Counted from the stretch's first letter, positions 1 through 9,530 are shown. The stretch is 64,000 nucleotides of DNA from Candidatus Palauibacter sp. (GCF_965261555.1 NZ_OZ253465.1:2547977-2611976); one strand, 5' to 3'. The notes: a model not told the origin generated them from the sequence alone. Program-made: numbers and translations.

Positions 1-313
1 CCTGGCCGGGACCGATGACGGGGAAGTCGACGAGTTCACGGGCCGGAGCGAGTCCGGGGTCGCCGAAGCAGCCGATGATCATCGCGTCGAACCCCTCCGC
101 CTCGAGGCGGGGCGCGGCGTGCAGAATGCCGGGGACGGAGAGATATTCTTCTGCGGAAGACTCGACCGATGCGGGGCCGTCGTCGGTCTCGCGCACCTCG
201 ACTGCGGTGCCCCCGAAGGCCGCGCCGTTGAGAAAGGCTTCGCGCCGCACGAGTTCCGGCGGCCCGAGGGGACCGCGGGACATGGGACCGGGAAGGAAAT
301 AGACAATGCGCAT
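1..313 (-). CDS. Asp/Glu/hydantoin racemase-family protein (5' part; runs off the left edge)
   Basis: Minus-strand frame starting ATG at 313 translates to MRIVYFLPGPMSRGPLGPPELVRREAFLNG...EGFDAMIIGCFGDPGL...PVIGPGQ, typical of the Asp/Glu/hydantoin racemase and arylmalonate decarboxylase fold. It is not in the ORF track because it has no stop within the window. Confidence 0.55.
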   Translation of the reverse strand, partial: MRIVYFLPGPMSRGPLGPPELVRREAFLNGAAFGGTAVEVRETDDGPASVESSAEEYLSVPGILHAAPRLEAEGFDAMIIGCFGDPGLAPARELVDFPVIGPGQ

Positions 314-381
314 GGTCTCGCCTGCCGTCTGGAGCCCGCTCTCGATCACGATCGTCTCGTTCGCGCCCGGAATATAGCAGC

Positions 382-1662
382 GTGACGACCGTTCGTCTGG
401 ACGAGCGGGATCTTGCGTTCCTGGGGGGAGATGAGGGGGAGGGTGCGCGGCTCGCGATGTCGATCCTCGCGCGCATGGCCGACGTGGTCGGGGCGCGTGA
501 ACTCCTCGACATCACGGCGGCGCATATCGACTCGTCGCTCTATCAGGGACCCGCGACGCTCGAGTTCGCGGAACGGCTGGCCGAGGGCGGTGCGCGGGTG
601 CGGGTGCCGACGACGCTGAACGTGTCGGGCGTGGACGAACACGGCTGGCGCGAGTGGGATGTGTCCGAATCCTGGGCGGCACCGGCGCGACGCCAGATGG
701 AGGCGTACGAGGCGATGGGCTGCGAACCCACCTGGACGTGCGCGCCCTACCAGACGCAGGCGCGTCCGGGGGTCGGGGAGCAGGTCGCGTGGGGCGAGTC
801 GAGCGCGATCGTATTCGCGAACTCGGTGCTGGGGGCGCGCACGGAGCGCTATCCGGACCTGCTGGACATCTGTTGCGCGGTCACGGGCCGGGCGCCGGCC
901 GCGGGACTCCATTTGACCGGGAATCGGGCGGGGCAGGTGCTCGTCGATCTCTCCGGTGTCCCGCGAAGGCTCGCGGAGGAGCCCGCGCTGTATCCGGTGC
1001 TGGGACACTGGATCGGTCTGCGGGTTGAGGGGCGGATTCCGGTGCTCGACGGGCTACCGGCCCGGCCCGCGGAGGACGACCTGAAGGCGCTGGGAGCCGC
1101 CATGGCCTCTTCGGGCGCGGTGGGCCTGTTCCACTGGGTCGGCCTCACGCCCGAGGCGCCGGACCGGGCCGCGGCGTTTCAAGGGAGGGAACCGGCGGCT
1201 CGGCTGCGTCCGGGGCCCGCAGCGCTACGGGCGGCGCGGGACGAACTCGGCTCCGGCCTGTCCGACGCGGAGGGCCTCGACCTCGTCGTGCTGGGGAGCC
1301 CGCACTTCTCGCTGTCGGAATTCGCGGCGCTCGCGCGGCTCGTCGATGGTCGGCGACGCCACGCCGGGGTGCGGCTGCTGATCACGACCGGGCGCGCCGT
1401 CCGTGAACTGGCGGCGAAAGCGGGTTATCTCGACGCGATCGAGTCGTTCGGCGGGGAACTGACCGTCGACACCTGCATCCTGACGACACCGATGCTGCCG
1501 CAGAGCATCCGGCGGCTCATGACCAACTCCGCCAAGTACGCCTGGTACACGCCGGGCCTGCTCGAGCGCGCCGTCGCCTTCGGGAGTCTGGCCGACTGCG
1601 TGGAGTCGGCCGTCGCGGGTCGCGTCACGCGGGACGACGGCTCGTGGACCGCCGAGCCGTGA
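382..1662 (+). CDS. aconitase X catalytic subunit (DUF521; AcnX type II large subunit, cis-3-hydroxy-L-proline dehydratase-like)
   Basis: 426 aa. The N-terminus (RLDERDLAFLGG...ARLAMSILARMADVVGARELLDITAAHIDSSLYQG) matches the DUF521/AcnX catalytic domain pattern. Its 3' end overlaps the DUF126 gene by 19 nt. Confidence 0.75.
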   Translation: MTTVRLDERDLAFLGGDEGEGARLAMSILARMADVVGARELLDITAAHIDSSLYQGPATLEFAERLAEGGARVRVPTTLNVSGVDEHGWREWDVSESWAAPARRQMEAYEAMGCEPTWTCAPYQTQARPGVGEQVAWGESSAIVFANSVLGARTERYPDLLDICCAVTGRAPAAGLHLTGNRAGQVLVDLSGVPRRLAEEPALYPVLGHWIGLRVEGRIPVLDGLPARPAEDDLKALGAAMASSGAVGLFHWVGLTPEAPDRAAAFQGREPAARLRPGPAALRAARDELGSGLSDAEGLDLVVLGSPHFSLSEFAALARLVDGRRRHAGVRLLITTGRAVRELAAKAGYLDAIESFGGELTVDTCILTTPMLPQSIRRLMTNSAKYAWYTPGLLERAVAFGSLADCVESAVAGRVTRDDGSWTAEP

Positions 1663-2147
1663 GCGATCGGTCGGCCGCGTCGGACTCCGGTCCGCTGACC
1701 GGTCGCGCGCTCGTCGCGGGCGCCGCGGAAGGCGCCGTTCTCTACTCGTCCGAGCCGCTCAGCTTCTGGGGCGGCTACGACGCGGAGACAGGGGAGATCA
1801 TCGACCGGCGCCACCCGCTGGCCGGCGAGGTCGGCGCGGGCCGCATCATGGCCATTCCGGCGACCCGCGGCTCCAGCACCACGACCGCCGTCCTCCTCGA
1901 GGCCATCCGCCGCGGCACCGCACCGGCAGCATTCCTGACCCGCGGCCCCGACACCTTCCTCGCGCTCGCCGCCATCGTCGCCGCCCAGCTCTACGACCGC
2001 GCTCCGCCCGTCATCGCGCTGTCCCCCGAGGATTTCGATGCCCTGCAGCGGATCCCCCGCGCCCGCGTCGAGCCGGCGGGCACCGTGCTGGCCCGCTGCC
2101 GGGCGCGGTGTCGGGCTGGTGGCATGGGATCCTGCTCATCATTCTAA
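1644..2147 (+). CDS. aconitase X swivel-domain small subunit (DUF126)
   Basis: 167 aa with GRALVAG...LSFWGGYDAETGEIIDRRHPLAGE...GRIMAIPATRGSSTTTAVLLEAIRRGTAPAAFL, the canonical DUF126 pattern. Overlapping arrangement with DUF521, as in AcnX type IIa. Confidence 0.75.
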   Translation: MDRRAVSDRSAASDSGPLTGRALVAGAAEGAVLYSSEPLSFWGGYDAETGEIIDRRHPLAGEVGAGRIMAIPATRGSSTTTAVLLEAIRRGTAPAAFLTRGPDTFLALAAIVAAQLYDRAPPVIALSPEDFDALQRIPRARVEPAGTVLARCRARCRAGGMGSCSSF

Positions 2148-2173
2148 TTGTCCGGCGGCCCGGCCGGGGGCCG

Positions 2174-2188
2174 CCCCCCCCCCCCCCC
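2174..2188. repeat. C15 homopolymeric tract immediately upstream of the 2206 start
   Basis: Direct reading: ccg + 15 consecutive C at 2174..2188, followed by the ggaggg SD (2193..2198) and ATG at 2200/2206. Confidence 0.9.
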
Positions 2189-2205
2189 GAACGGAGGGAA
2201 TGGAA

Positions 2206-2880
2206 ATGGACTGGGACGCGATACTCCTCGAGCCGATCCGCGCTTTACTCGATCAACTGGTCGGGTTCCTGCCCAACCTGCTGGCCGTCCTGGCGATTCT
2301 GATCGGTGGCTGGATCGTCGCCAAGCTGATCAAGACGGGGCTCGTCCGGCTTCTCGGGGCGGTGAAGGCGGACAGCGTGGCCGAGAGGATCCAGTTGGCG
2401 GAGATGTTGGCCAAGGGTGGCATCGAGCGCACGTTCTCCCAGTTGGTCGGAGCCCTGGCGTACTGGATCGTCATGCTCGTGGTGCTGGTGGCGGCGCTGA
2501 ACGCTCTCCAGCTCACCGCCACCGCCGAGCTGCTCCAGCGGCTCGTCGGCTTCCTGCCCACGATCGTGACGGCCATCGTCGTCTTGATCCTCGGAATCCT
2601 GGCTGCCGGTTTTCTGGGGGCGACGGTCCGCGCCGTGGCCAGCAATTCGGGCATCGCGCAGGCTCAGGTGCTGGGGCAGTTCGCGCAGATCGTCGTCATC
2701 ATCTTCGCCGTGGTCGTGGCCCTGCAGCAGGTTCAGGTCCAGTTCGTGGGCGACGCCTTCCTGATCATCCTCGCGGCCATCGGTTTCGGCCTGGCTCTCG
2801 CGTTCGGCCTTGGATGCAAGGACCTGGCGGGCCGCTGGATGAGCGACCTGATCGACCGCCTCTCGCCGCGAAAGGACTAG
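2206..2880 (+). CDS. conserved-TM-helix repeat membrane protein (MscS-associated TM_helix family)
   Basis: Repeated WIVAKLIKTGLVRLLGAVKAD... and VGFLPNLLAVLAILIGG / VGFLPTIVTAIVVLILG helix repeats. The ORF 2038..2880 is trimmed to the start with SD ggaggg at 2193..2198 (ATG 2200 or 2206). Confidence 0.65.
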   Translation: MDWDAILLEPIRALLDQLVGFLPNLLAVLAILIGGWIVAKLIKTGLVRLLGAVKADSVAERIQLAEMLAKGGIERTFSQLVGALAYWIVMLVVLVAALNALQLTATAELLQRLVGFLPTIVTAIVVLILGILAAGFLGATVRAVASNSGIAQAQVLGQFAQIVVIIFAVVVALQQVQVQFVGDAFLIILAAIGFGLALAFGLGCKDLAGRWMSDLIDRLSPRKD

Positions 2881-2930
2881 GCCGGAGGAGCTGGCTCGGA
2901 ACTCGCCCGGCGGGTTCCGAGCCGTAGCGT

Positions 2931-4400
2931 CTACCGGCGGTAGTCGAGGGGCGGCGGTCGGTCGCCCAGAAGCGCGGAATACTCGAAGTCCTCGCCGCGG
3001 TGCGCCCGGAGTTCCTCCCACGCGGCGGCGATCACATCGGGTGACTGAAAGAGTTCGATCGTCGTCAGGGCGAGCGTCTTCGCCGCGACGATCATTCCCT
3101 TCGTCCCGATATCGGTGCCGCCGGCCGCGACCGCCTGCCAACTGTGGGCCGAGGTCCCCGGCACCCAGGTGGCCGTCGACAGCCCCGTCGTCGGTACGAC
3201 CCAGCTGACGTCGCCGACGTCGGTCGATCCGCCGCCCGCGGGGTCGACCCCGAACTCCTCGATCTCGGCCTCGGAGCCCAGTGGCCAGGGCGAGCCGCCC
3301 ACGAAGCTGTCCTGGATCTTCTGGGCGAAGGCCCGCTCGGCCTCCGTGTACTCCACGCCCCCGACCTTGCGCAGGTTGGCGTCCATCACCTCTCCGAGGG
3401 CGACGTTGGGCACGAGGTCGTACAGCCCGTGGATGACCTCGTACTCCATCCCGGTCCCGGTACCCATCGCCGCGCCCTCGGCCGCGCGCGCCACGCGCTC
3501 GAACAGTCTGAGCACCGTGGGGGCGTCCGGGTGCCGCACGTAGTAGTAGACCTCCGCGAAGTCCGGCACGACGTTGGGCGCGAAGCCGCCCTGCGTAATC
3601 ACGTAGTGGATGCGCGTCTCCTGCGGGACGTGCTCGCGCATGAGGTTCACCATGTGGTTCATGGCCTCGACGCCGTCGAGCGCACTCCGTCCCCGCTCAG
3701 GCGCGCCCGCCGCGTGCGCGGAATAGCCCCGGAAGCGGAACTTGGCCGACTTGTTGGCCAGCGAGCGCCCCACTCGTGCGCTGTTCCGCGCCCCGGGATG
3801 CCAGTGCAGCGCCACGGCCACGTCGTCGAACAGGCCCGCGCGCACCATGTACACCTTCCCCGCGCCGCCCTCCTCGGCGGGCGTGCCGTAGAGCCGGATC
3901 GTCCCCTCATGGCCGGTCTCTTCCAGCCACTCCTTTACCGCGATGGCCGCCGCGACGGAGCCCGCGCCGAACAGGTGGTGTCCGCACGCGTGGCCCGCGC
4001 CTCCGATGATGATGGGGGAGCGCTCGGGCACCGCGTCCTGCGAGATGCCCGGCAGGGCGTCGTACTCGGCCAGGATCCCGATGATCGGGGCTCCGGAGCC
4101 GTAGCTGGCCACGAACGCCGTGGGCATGTCGGCGACCCCCGATTCGATGGAGAACCCCGCCGCCTCGAGTTCACCCTTGAGCAGCTCGGAGCTCTTCTCC
4201 TCCTGGTAGCCGACCTCGGCCCACTCCCAGATCTGACGCGCCACGCTCCCGTAGTGGTCGCTGCGCGCCTCGATCGCAGCGATCTGCGTCTCCTGGGCCG
4301 CCACGAGCGGCAGCGGGAATGCGGCCACGAAGGCGCCGGCGAGGAGTCGGCGACGGCGGAGCTTCCTGTTCATGACGGGGGACCTGGCTGACATGGACAT
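2931..4400 (-). CDS. M20D-family amidohydrolase/peptidase (AbgB/HipO-like), secreted
   Basis: 489 aa with a signal-like N-terminus (RRRRLLAGAFVAAFPLPLVAAQE) and M20 metal-binding motifs (GHACGHH, GTPAEEGGAGK, HWHP). Confidence 0.8.
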   Translation of the reverse strand: MSMSARSPVMNRKLRRRRLLAGAFVAAFPLPLVAAQETQIAAIEARSDHYGSVARQIWEWAEVGYQEEKSSELLKGELEAAGFSIESGVADMPTAFVASYGSGAPIIGILAEYDALPGISQDAVPERSPIIIGGAGHACGHHLFGAGSVAAAIAVKEWLEETGHEGTIRLYGTPAEEGGAGKVYMVRAGLFDDVAVALHWHPGARNSARVGRSLANKSAKFRFRGYSAHAAGAPERGRSALDGVEAMNHMVNLMREHVPQETRIHYVITQGGFAPNVVPDFAEVYYYVRHPDAPTVLRLFERVARAAEGAAMGTGTGMEYEVIHGLYDLVPNVALGEVMDANLRKVGGVEYTEAERAFAQKIQDSFVGGSPWPLGSEAEIEEFGVDPAGGGSTDVGDVSWVVPTTGLSTATWVPGTSAHSWQAVAAGGTDIGTKGMIVAAKTLALTTIELFQSPDVIAAAWEELRAHRGEDFEYSALLGDRPPPLDYRR

Positions 4401-4522
4401 GCTCTGGAACTCCTCGAAGAGGGACGGATAGAACGGTCTGTAGAAGCTGGCCCGGCGAACCGCGTCTGGCTAGCCTTGGTCGCCATTTCTCGTACCGGTC
4501 ACGGGGGTTGGGGGTGGAGAAG

Positions 4523-5398
4523 ATGAAGTCGTGGATCGTGCTTGCCCTGGCTGCGGCGCCGACCGCCGCGCCCGTCGCGTCGCTCCAGGAAGAAGTCCAG
4601 GAAGAGCTTCAGGAAGAAGCGGAAACCATCTGGTCCTACAACGCCGAGCTGAGCCTGCTCTTCACCTCGGGGAACTCCACGGTGCGCACGTTCGGCCTCG
4701 GTGGCGGAGCCCGGCGCGAGTGGGGCGGCGGAGAACTGTCGCTGAGCGCGGGAGGTCTTCGAACCGAGTCCGGCACGACACGGCGCGTCGCCGTGGGGAC
4801 TCCGGACAACTTCACCGTGGCGAGCGACTCCGATCCCGAGCCGACCGCCGAGAACTACTTCGCGCGGGGCGAATTCGAGCGTTCGTTCTCGGATCACGTC
4901 CACCTCACGGCCGGCGCCGGCTGGGAGCGGAATACCTTCGCCGGGTACGAGAGCAAGCTCTCCCTGGTGGGCGGCATCGGAAACACGTGGATCGACGACG
5001 AGAGGACGCGGCTCAAGAGCGACTACGGGGTCACGCTCACCTCCCAGAACGATGTCGTCGACGACCCGGGCAAGAGTTCGACGTTCGGCGGCATCCGCGT
5101 TTCCACCAACTTCCGCCGCCAGTTGACGGAGACGGCCAACCTCGAGAGCACGCTGACGCTGGACGAGAACCTCACGGATGCCGCGGACCTTCGCGCCGAC
5201 CTCGCGAACTCCCTCGCGGTCGACATCAACAGTTCTCTGGCCGTGAAGACGGGCCTCCGGCTCGCGTGGGACAACGCGCCGGCGCTGACGCGGGCGCCGC
5301 TGGAGGAGCCCGGGGGGACTCCGACCGGGGAGACGGTTCTCGTCCCGCGCCACAAGCTCGATTCCACGCTCACGATCGCGCTCGTCGCCAGCTTCTAG
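4523..5398 (+). CDS. DUF481-family outer-membrane beta-barrel protein
   Basis: Signal peptide MKSWIVLALAAAPTAAP, alternating beta-strand pattern and C-terminal ...LVASF, resembling DUF481/YdiY-like OMPs. Confidence 0.6.
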   Translation: MKSWIVLALAAAPTAAPVASLQEEVQEELQEEAETIWSYNAELSLLFTSGNSTVRTFGLGGGARREWGGGELSLSAGGLRTESGTTRRVAVGTPDNFTVASDSDPEPTAENYFARGEFERSFSDHVHLTAGAGWERNTFAGYESKLSLVGGIGNTWIDDERTRLKSDYGVTLTSQNDVVDDPGKSSTFGGIRVSTNFRRQLTETANLESTLTLDENLTDAADLRADLANSLAVDINSSLAVKTGLRLAWDNAPALTRAPLEEPGGTPTGETVLVPRHKLDSTLTIALVASF

Positions 5399-5429
5399 GG
5401 GCAACTCCGCGGGGGTGTCCGCATTGGCG

Positions 5430-6170
5430 TCAGAAGAGGCCGAGCTGGTCGGCGGGCGCGTCGCCCACCCGGGGTCGGTCGCGCCAGCCCGATGCTTCCC
5501 GGATCGGGGCGCTCCGCGGCTCCGCGCAGGCCGCATCGTCGGCGGCCACGCGGTTGACCCGTCGGCTGACCGCGAACACCTCCAGCGCCTCCGCGTCGAA
5601 CGGTTCAAGCGGTTCCATGGTGCGCTCGGAGATGTCGAGGTCGAGCCACATCTGCGCGCCCTCACCCTCGAGGATGACGGGCATGCGATCGTGCAGCGGT
5701 TCGAGCAGCTCGTTCGCGTCCGTCGTGATGATCGTGCAGGAGGGGATCCGGCCATCCGGTCCCCGCCATACGTCCCACAGGCCCGCGAGCGCCATCGGTC
5801 TCCGGTCCCGGCGGCGGACCAGGTACGGCTGCTTCAGGCCGCCCTCCTTCCGCCACTCGTAGAAGCCATCGGCGAGGACGGCGCAGCGGCGGTCGATGAC
5901 GAGGTCCCGAAACGCCCGCCGGGTTTCGAGCGACTCGGATCGAGCGTTGATCATCGGCGGGAGCGAAGCACGATCCTCGGCCCAGTTCGGGATCAGGCCC
6001 CAGCGAAGGGGAACGAGTTCGCGTCCGCCGGTGCTCCGGCGCAGCGCGACCACCTCATCAGTGGGCGCCACGTTGTAGCGGGCGGACCATTCCTTGAGCC
6101 GCGAAGGATCGGCCTCGAAGAGTTCGGCCAGGTCCGGAACCGGGGTCTGAAGGCTGAAGCGTCCGCACAT
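5430..6170 (-). CDS. SOS-response-associated peptidase (SRAP/YedK, abasic-site DNA-protein crosslink protein)
   Basis: Begins MCGRFSL (catalytic Cys2) and has the conserved ...RYNVAPT...WGLIPNW... blocks. Confidence 0.85.
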   Translation of the reverse strand: MCGRFSLQTPVPDLAELFEADPSRLKEWSARYNVAPTDEVVALRRSTGGRELVPLRWGLIPNWAEDRASLPPMINARSESLETRRAFRDLVIDRRCAVLADGFYEWRKEGGLKQPYLVRRRDRRPMALAGLWDVWRGPDGRIPSCTIITTDANELLEPLHDRMPVILEGEGAQMWLDLDISERTMEPLEPFDAEALEVFAVSRRVNRVAADDAACAEPRSAPIREASGWRDRPRVGDAPADQLGLF

Positions 6171-6290
6171 GGGAGCAACCTAACGACGCCGGCGCGATCG
6201 GCGGACCCCCGTTGCGGGTCCCGGCGCGCGCGCCGAGAATCCCCCGACCCCGCCTCAGGCGGCCGTCCCCCCGAACCGGGCATACACGAG

Positions 6291-7145
6291 ATGAAGATCG
6301 CGCTTGTTCAACAGTCCGCGGGACCCGACCGCACGCGTAACCTCGAACGCGCGCTCGACGCGATGGGGCGCGCCGCGTCGGAGGGCGCCGATCTCGTGGC
6401 GTTCCCCGAACTCGCGATCGACCGCTTCTTCCCCCAGCGGCCGGACGATCCCGGCGCCGCGGCGCTCGCGGAACCGATCCCCGGTCCCACCTGCGATCGA
6501 ATCGCAGCGCGCGCCGCCGAACTCGGGCTCGTCACGGTGTTCAACCAGTACGAACTCGGGCTCGACGGGCGGTGCTACGACAGCACGCCGGTCTTCGACG
6601 CGGACGGCTCGCTGCTCGGCGTGACGCGGATGATGCACATCACCGAGTACGCGTGCTTCCACGAACAGCAGTACTACGCGAAGGGCGACACCGACGCGCT
6701 CGTCTACGACACCGCCGTGGGACGCGTGGGGGTCGCGATCTGCTACGACCGCCACTATCCCGAGTACATGCGGCGCCTGGGAGAACGGGGCGCGCAGCTC
6801 GTCGTCATCCCGCAGGCCGGCGCGGTCGGTGAGTGGCCCGAGGGGCTCTTCGAGGCCGAGTTGCGGGTGGCGGCCTTTCAGAACGGCTACTTCGCGGCGC
6901 TGGCCAACCGCGTCGGCGCGGAGCCCCGCCTCACCTTCGCCGGAGAGTCCTTCGTCGTCGATCCTGAGGGCGTCGTCCTCGCCCGGGCGCCGGAAGGAGA
7001 AGAGACGATTCTCTACGCCGACATGGACCTCTCGCGGTGCGCGGCCTCCACCGCCCGTCGGCTGTTCTGGCGCGATCGCCGCCCCGACGTGTACGCGCGC
7101 TGGGGCGAGCGCCTCGCCACGGCGTCGTCCGTGCCCGGCCGCTGA
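6291..7145 (+). CDS. carbon-nitrogen hydrolase (nitrilase superfamily)
   Basis: MKIALVQQ... with the AFPEL (Glu), ICYDRHYPE (Cys-containing) and VVIPQAG blocks. The listed ORF 5415..7145 carries a false 5' extension antisense to the SRAP gene; ATG at 6291 was verified in sequence. Confidence 0.8.
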   Translation: MKIALVQQSAGPDRTRNLERALDAMGRAASEGADLVAFPELAIDRFFPQRPDDPGAAALAEPIPGPTCDRIAARAAELGLVTVFNQYELGLDGRCYDSTPVFDADGSLLGVTRMMHITEYACFHEQQYYAKGDTDALVYDTAVGRVGVAICYDRHYPEYMRRLGERGAQLVVIPQAGAVGEWPEGLFEAELRVAAFQNGYFAALANRVGAEPRLTFAGESFVVDPEGVVLARAPEGEETILYADMDLSRCAASTARRLFWRDRRPDVYARWGERLATASSVPGR

Positions 7146-7177
7146 CTCCGACCGTCCGCCGCCGCCGACTCCCGCTC

Positions 7178-8050
7178 GTGGAACTCCTCATCGTCGTGGT
7201 CGCCCTCGTCGGTCTGATGGCCGTCGTCCGTCTCCTCATGCCGCGGATCGTCCCTTACTTCGTCTTCTATCCGGAAACGCTGCAGCCGCACGAGACGCAC
7301 CCGCGATACTGGGGGTTCCCGCGAGCCACCGAAGTCCGCATCCCGACCGAAGACGGCGTGGAGCTGCACGCGTGGTGGTTTCCCGCGAACCCGCCGGAAT
7401 CCAGGAGCGGGACCGCGATCTACTTCCACGGCAACGCGGGGCACCTGGGAGATCGCGGAGCCGTGGCGGCGGCGCTCTCGAACCTCGGACTCGACGTCCT
7501 CCTGCCCGACTATCGAGGCTACGGAGCGAGCGAGGGGAAGCCCTCGGAGGAGGGTCTCTACGCGGACGCGAGAGGGGCCTACCGGTGGCTGGTGGACGAG
7601 CGGGGCGTCGATCCCGGGCGGCTCCTCCCCCTTGGGAACTCCCTCGGAAGCTCCGTGGCGGCGGAACTGGCGGTGAGTCGCCCGGTGGCGGGCGTCGTCC
7701 TCCTCGGGCCATTCACGGATACCGTGGCCATCGCCCGGCACCGCCTGTCGTGGCTCCCCGACTGGTATCTCGACTGGCTGCACAACCGCTTCGACACGCT
7801 GGACCGCGCGCCGCGGATCGAGGTGCCGACCTTCGTCGCCGCCGGCGAGGAGGACCAGGTCATTCCGCCCGGCCAGAGCCGGGAGGTTTTCGAGGCGCTA
7901 CGGGGACCGCGCCAGTGGCTCGAGATCCCGGGGGCGGGGCACAACGACATCTTCTCGCACGAAGTGCTGTGGCGGGAACTCCACCGCTTCACCCGCAACG
8001 TCCTGGACAGCGGCGCCGCGGACCTCCCCCGGGGAGATCAAAGGGGCTGA
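7178..8050 (+). CDS. alpha/beta hydrolase (serine aminopeptidase S33-like), N-terminal membrane anchor
   Basis: GTG 7178 in frame (VELLIVVVALVGLMAVV TM helix), followed by HGNAGH, GNSLGSS (nucleophile elbow) and GAGHNDIF. Confidence 0.7.
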   Translation: MELLIVVVALVGLMAVVRLLMPRIVPYFVFYPETLQPHETHPRYWGFPRATEVRIPTEDGVELHAWWFPANPPESRSGTAIYFHGNAGHLGDRGAVAAALSNLGLDVLLPDYRGYGASEGKPSEEGLYADARGAYRWLVDERGVDPGRLLPLGNSLGSSVAAELAVSRPVAGVVLLGPFTDTVAIARHRLSWLPDWYLDWLHNRFDTLDRAPRIEVPTFVAAGEEDQVIPPGQSREVFEALRGPRQWLEIPGAGHNDIFSHEVLWRELHRFTRNVLDSGAADLPRGDQRG

Positions 8051-8062
8051 CGGCCGGCCGGT

Positions 8063-8473
8063 CTATCGAGGTCGAAAAATCGTGGCCCCCGCCGTCTCGC
8101 CCGCCCGGCGAAGCCGACGGTCGAGCGATGCCAGCGGCAACGAACGCCGAAGGGCAGTCTCCACGTAGGCGGCGTCGTAGGCTGAAAGTCCGTGCCTCGC
8201 CGCCAGGTGAAGGATCGCTCCATCGCTGTGGTCATCATCGACCAGGATCCGCATTCCCTTCAGATCCGCGAGCGTGGCCGAAGCATCGGCTGCGGTCATG
8301 CGTCCCCTGCGCCGATTGACCGCGAGACCGTTCAGGACTTCGTACCACCAGATCCGCGGGACGATGGCGAAGTGCTCCAGCGTCAGTCGCACCGCCAACT
8401 CCGCCAACGGATCATCTTCATCCGCAAGACACCAGGAAAGTGCAACCGATGCATCGATCACGAGCGACATCAA
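8063..8473 (-). CDS. vapC: PIN-domain toxin VapC
   Basis: 136 aa with the MMSLVIDASVALSW...DAAYVETA PIN pattern. Overlaps the upstream antitoxin gene by 4 nt. Confidence 0.8.
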   Translation of the reverse strand: MMSLVIDASVALSWCLADEDDPLAELAVRLTLEHFAIVPRIWWYEVLNGLAVNRRRGRMTAADASATLADLKGMRILVDDDHSDGAILHLAARHGLSAYDAAYVETALRRSLPLASLDRRLRRAGETAGATIFRPR

Positions 8474-8718
8474 TACCTGTGCCCCTCGTGGATCGTTTCG
8501 ATGATTTCGGAGATTGACACGCGCTGCGGCAGGCGCTTCCGGCGTTCGCGGATGCGGCGGGCCGCCGCGTAGGCACGAGTGCGATCGTCCTCGTCTACGG
8601 GGACGAGCCGGGCGACCGGACGGCCGTGGCGGGTGATCGTGAGGCTCTCGCCGTCGGCCACACGGTCCAGAAGCCGCGGCAGGTGGGTCTTGGCTTCGTA
8701 CGCTCCGATGCGATCCAT
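8470..8718 (-). CDS. Phd/YefM-family antitoxin
   Basis: MDRIGAYEAKTHLPRLLDRVADGESLTITRHGRPVARLVPV is classic Phd/YefM. The listed ORF start (8811) is trimmed to MDRIG. Confidence 0.7.
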   Translation of the reverse strand: MDRIGAYEAKTHLPRLLDRVADGESLTITRHGRPVARLVPVDEDDRTRAYAAARRIRERRKRLPQRVSISEIIETIHEGHRY

Positions 8719-8807
8719 TACACTCTCACAGGTTAGACCAGACGATACGACCAGTCTGATTCTACGTGATGGTCGGCCTGGCGGGAAGTAGCGGGGCTGG
8801 TCCCGTG

Positions 8808-9500
8808 TCACACCGGAGCGAGGAGCCAGGCCGCGGCGGCGGCCAGATCGGACGCCACATGCACCGGAGCGGCGTCGTCGGGGCGGGGTTCAGCCTTGCG
8901 GTTGACCCACAGCACGGGGATCCCGAGCGAAGTGGCGGGGACGACGTCGTGGAAGAGGCTCTGCGCCACGTGCAGCCAGCGGTCGAAGCCTGCGGCCCAC
9001 TCCCGCCCGCGCTCGAAGTGCGGGGCGGCCGGCTTGTAGCTCCGCAGCCTCTGCGCCGTGCCGAGGAGGCCGAACTCGACGTCGAAGTGCTTCAGCGTCC
9101 CGGCGAGCAGGTCGTCGTCGATGTTCGACAGGATACCGAGTGTAACCCCGCCGTCCGCGAGGCGTGAGAGCGCCGGGTTCGTGTCCGGGAACGGCTGCCA
9201 GGAAGGGATGCTCGCGGGGATTCCGGCCGCAAGTTCCTCCGACGTATCCCAGCCGTTCGCGCGCGCGACCTCCATCGCGGTCTCGGTGAGCAACTGCCGG
9301 TAGGGGCGGTACTCGCTCGTCTTGAGCCGGTTCTGGGCCGCATGGAATTTACCCAGGAGCAACTCATCGTCCACGGCGGCCGCTTCCGCGTACGCGGCCC
9401 GGAGCGCCGCGAGAATCCCGCCCTCCCAGTCGATCAGCGTGCCGTAACAATCGAACGTGAGGAGGGTGCCCGGGCCCGCCGTACCTTCGAAACTGTGCAT
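8808..9500 (-). CDS. HAD-superfamily hydrolase (haloacid dehalogenase type II-like)
   Basis: LTFDCYGTLIDWE (motif I DxYGTL), later SNIDDDLL and SYKPAAPHFE. Confidence 0.75.
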   Translation of the reverse strand: MHSFEGTAGPGTLLTFDCYGTLIDWEGGILAALRAAYAEAAAVDDELLLGKFHAAQNRLKTSEYRPYRQLLTETAMEVARANGWDTSEELAAGIPASIPSWQPFPDTNPALSRLADGGVTLGILSNIDDDLLAGTLKHFDVEFGLLGTAQRLRSYKPAAPHFERGREWAAGFDRWLHVAQSLFHDVVPATSLGIPVLWVNRKAEPRPDDAAPVHVASDLAAAAAWLLAPV

Positions 9501-9530
9501 GTTCTCCCTCGAAACCGCTACGTTTCCCCC

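Noticed and set aside
5415-6290. 5' part of the 576-aa ORF upstream of the nitrilase start
   Set aside because: Antisense to the SRAP gene (MCGRF...). The nitrilase-superfamily homology begins at MKIALVQQ (6291).
8063-8718. VapBC pair as marker of a mobile or defence island
   Set aside because: Flanking genes are ordinary housekeeping enzymes with the same GC content. There are no integrase, repeats or compositional shift. Treated as a solitary chromosomal toxin-antitoxin pair.
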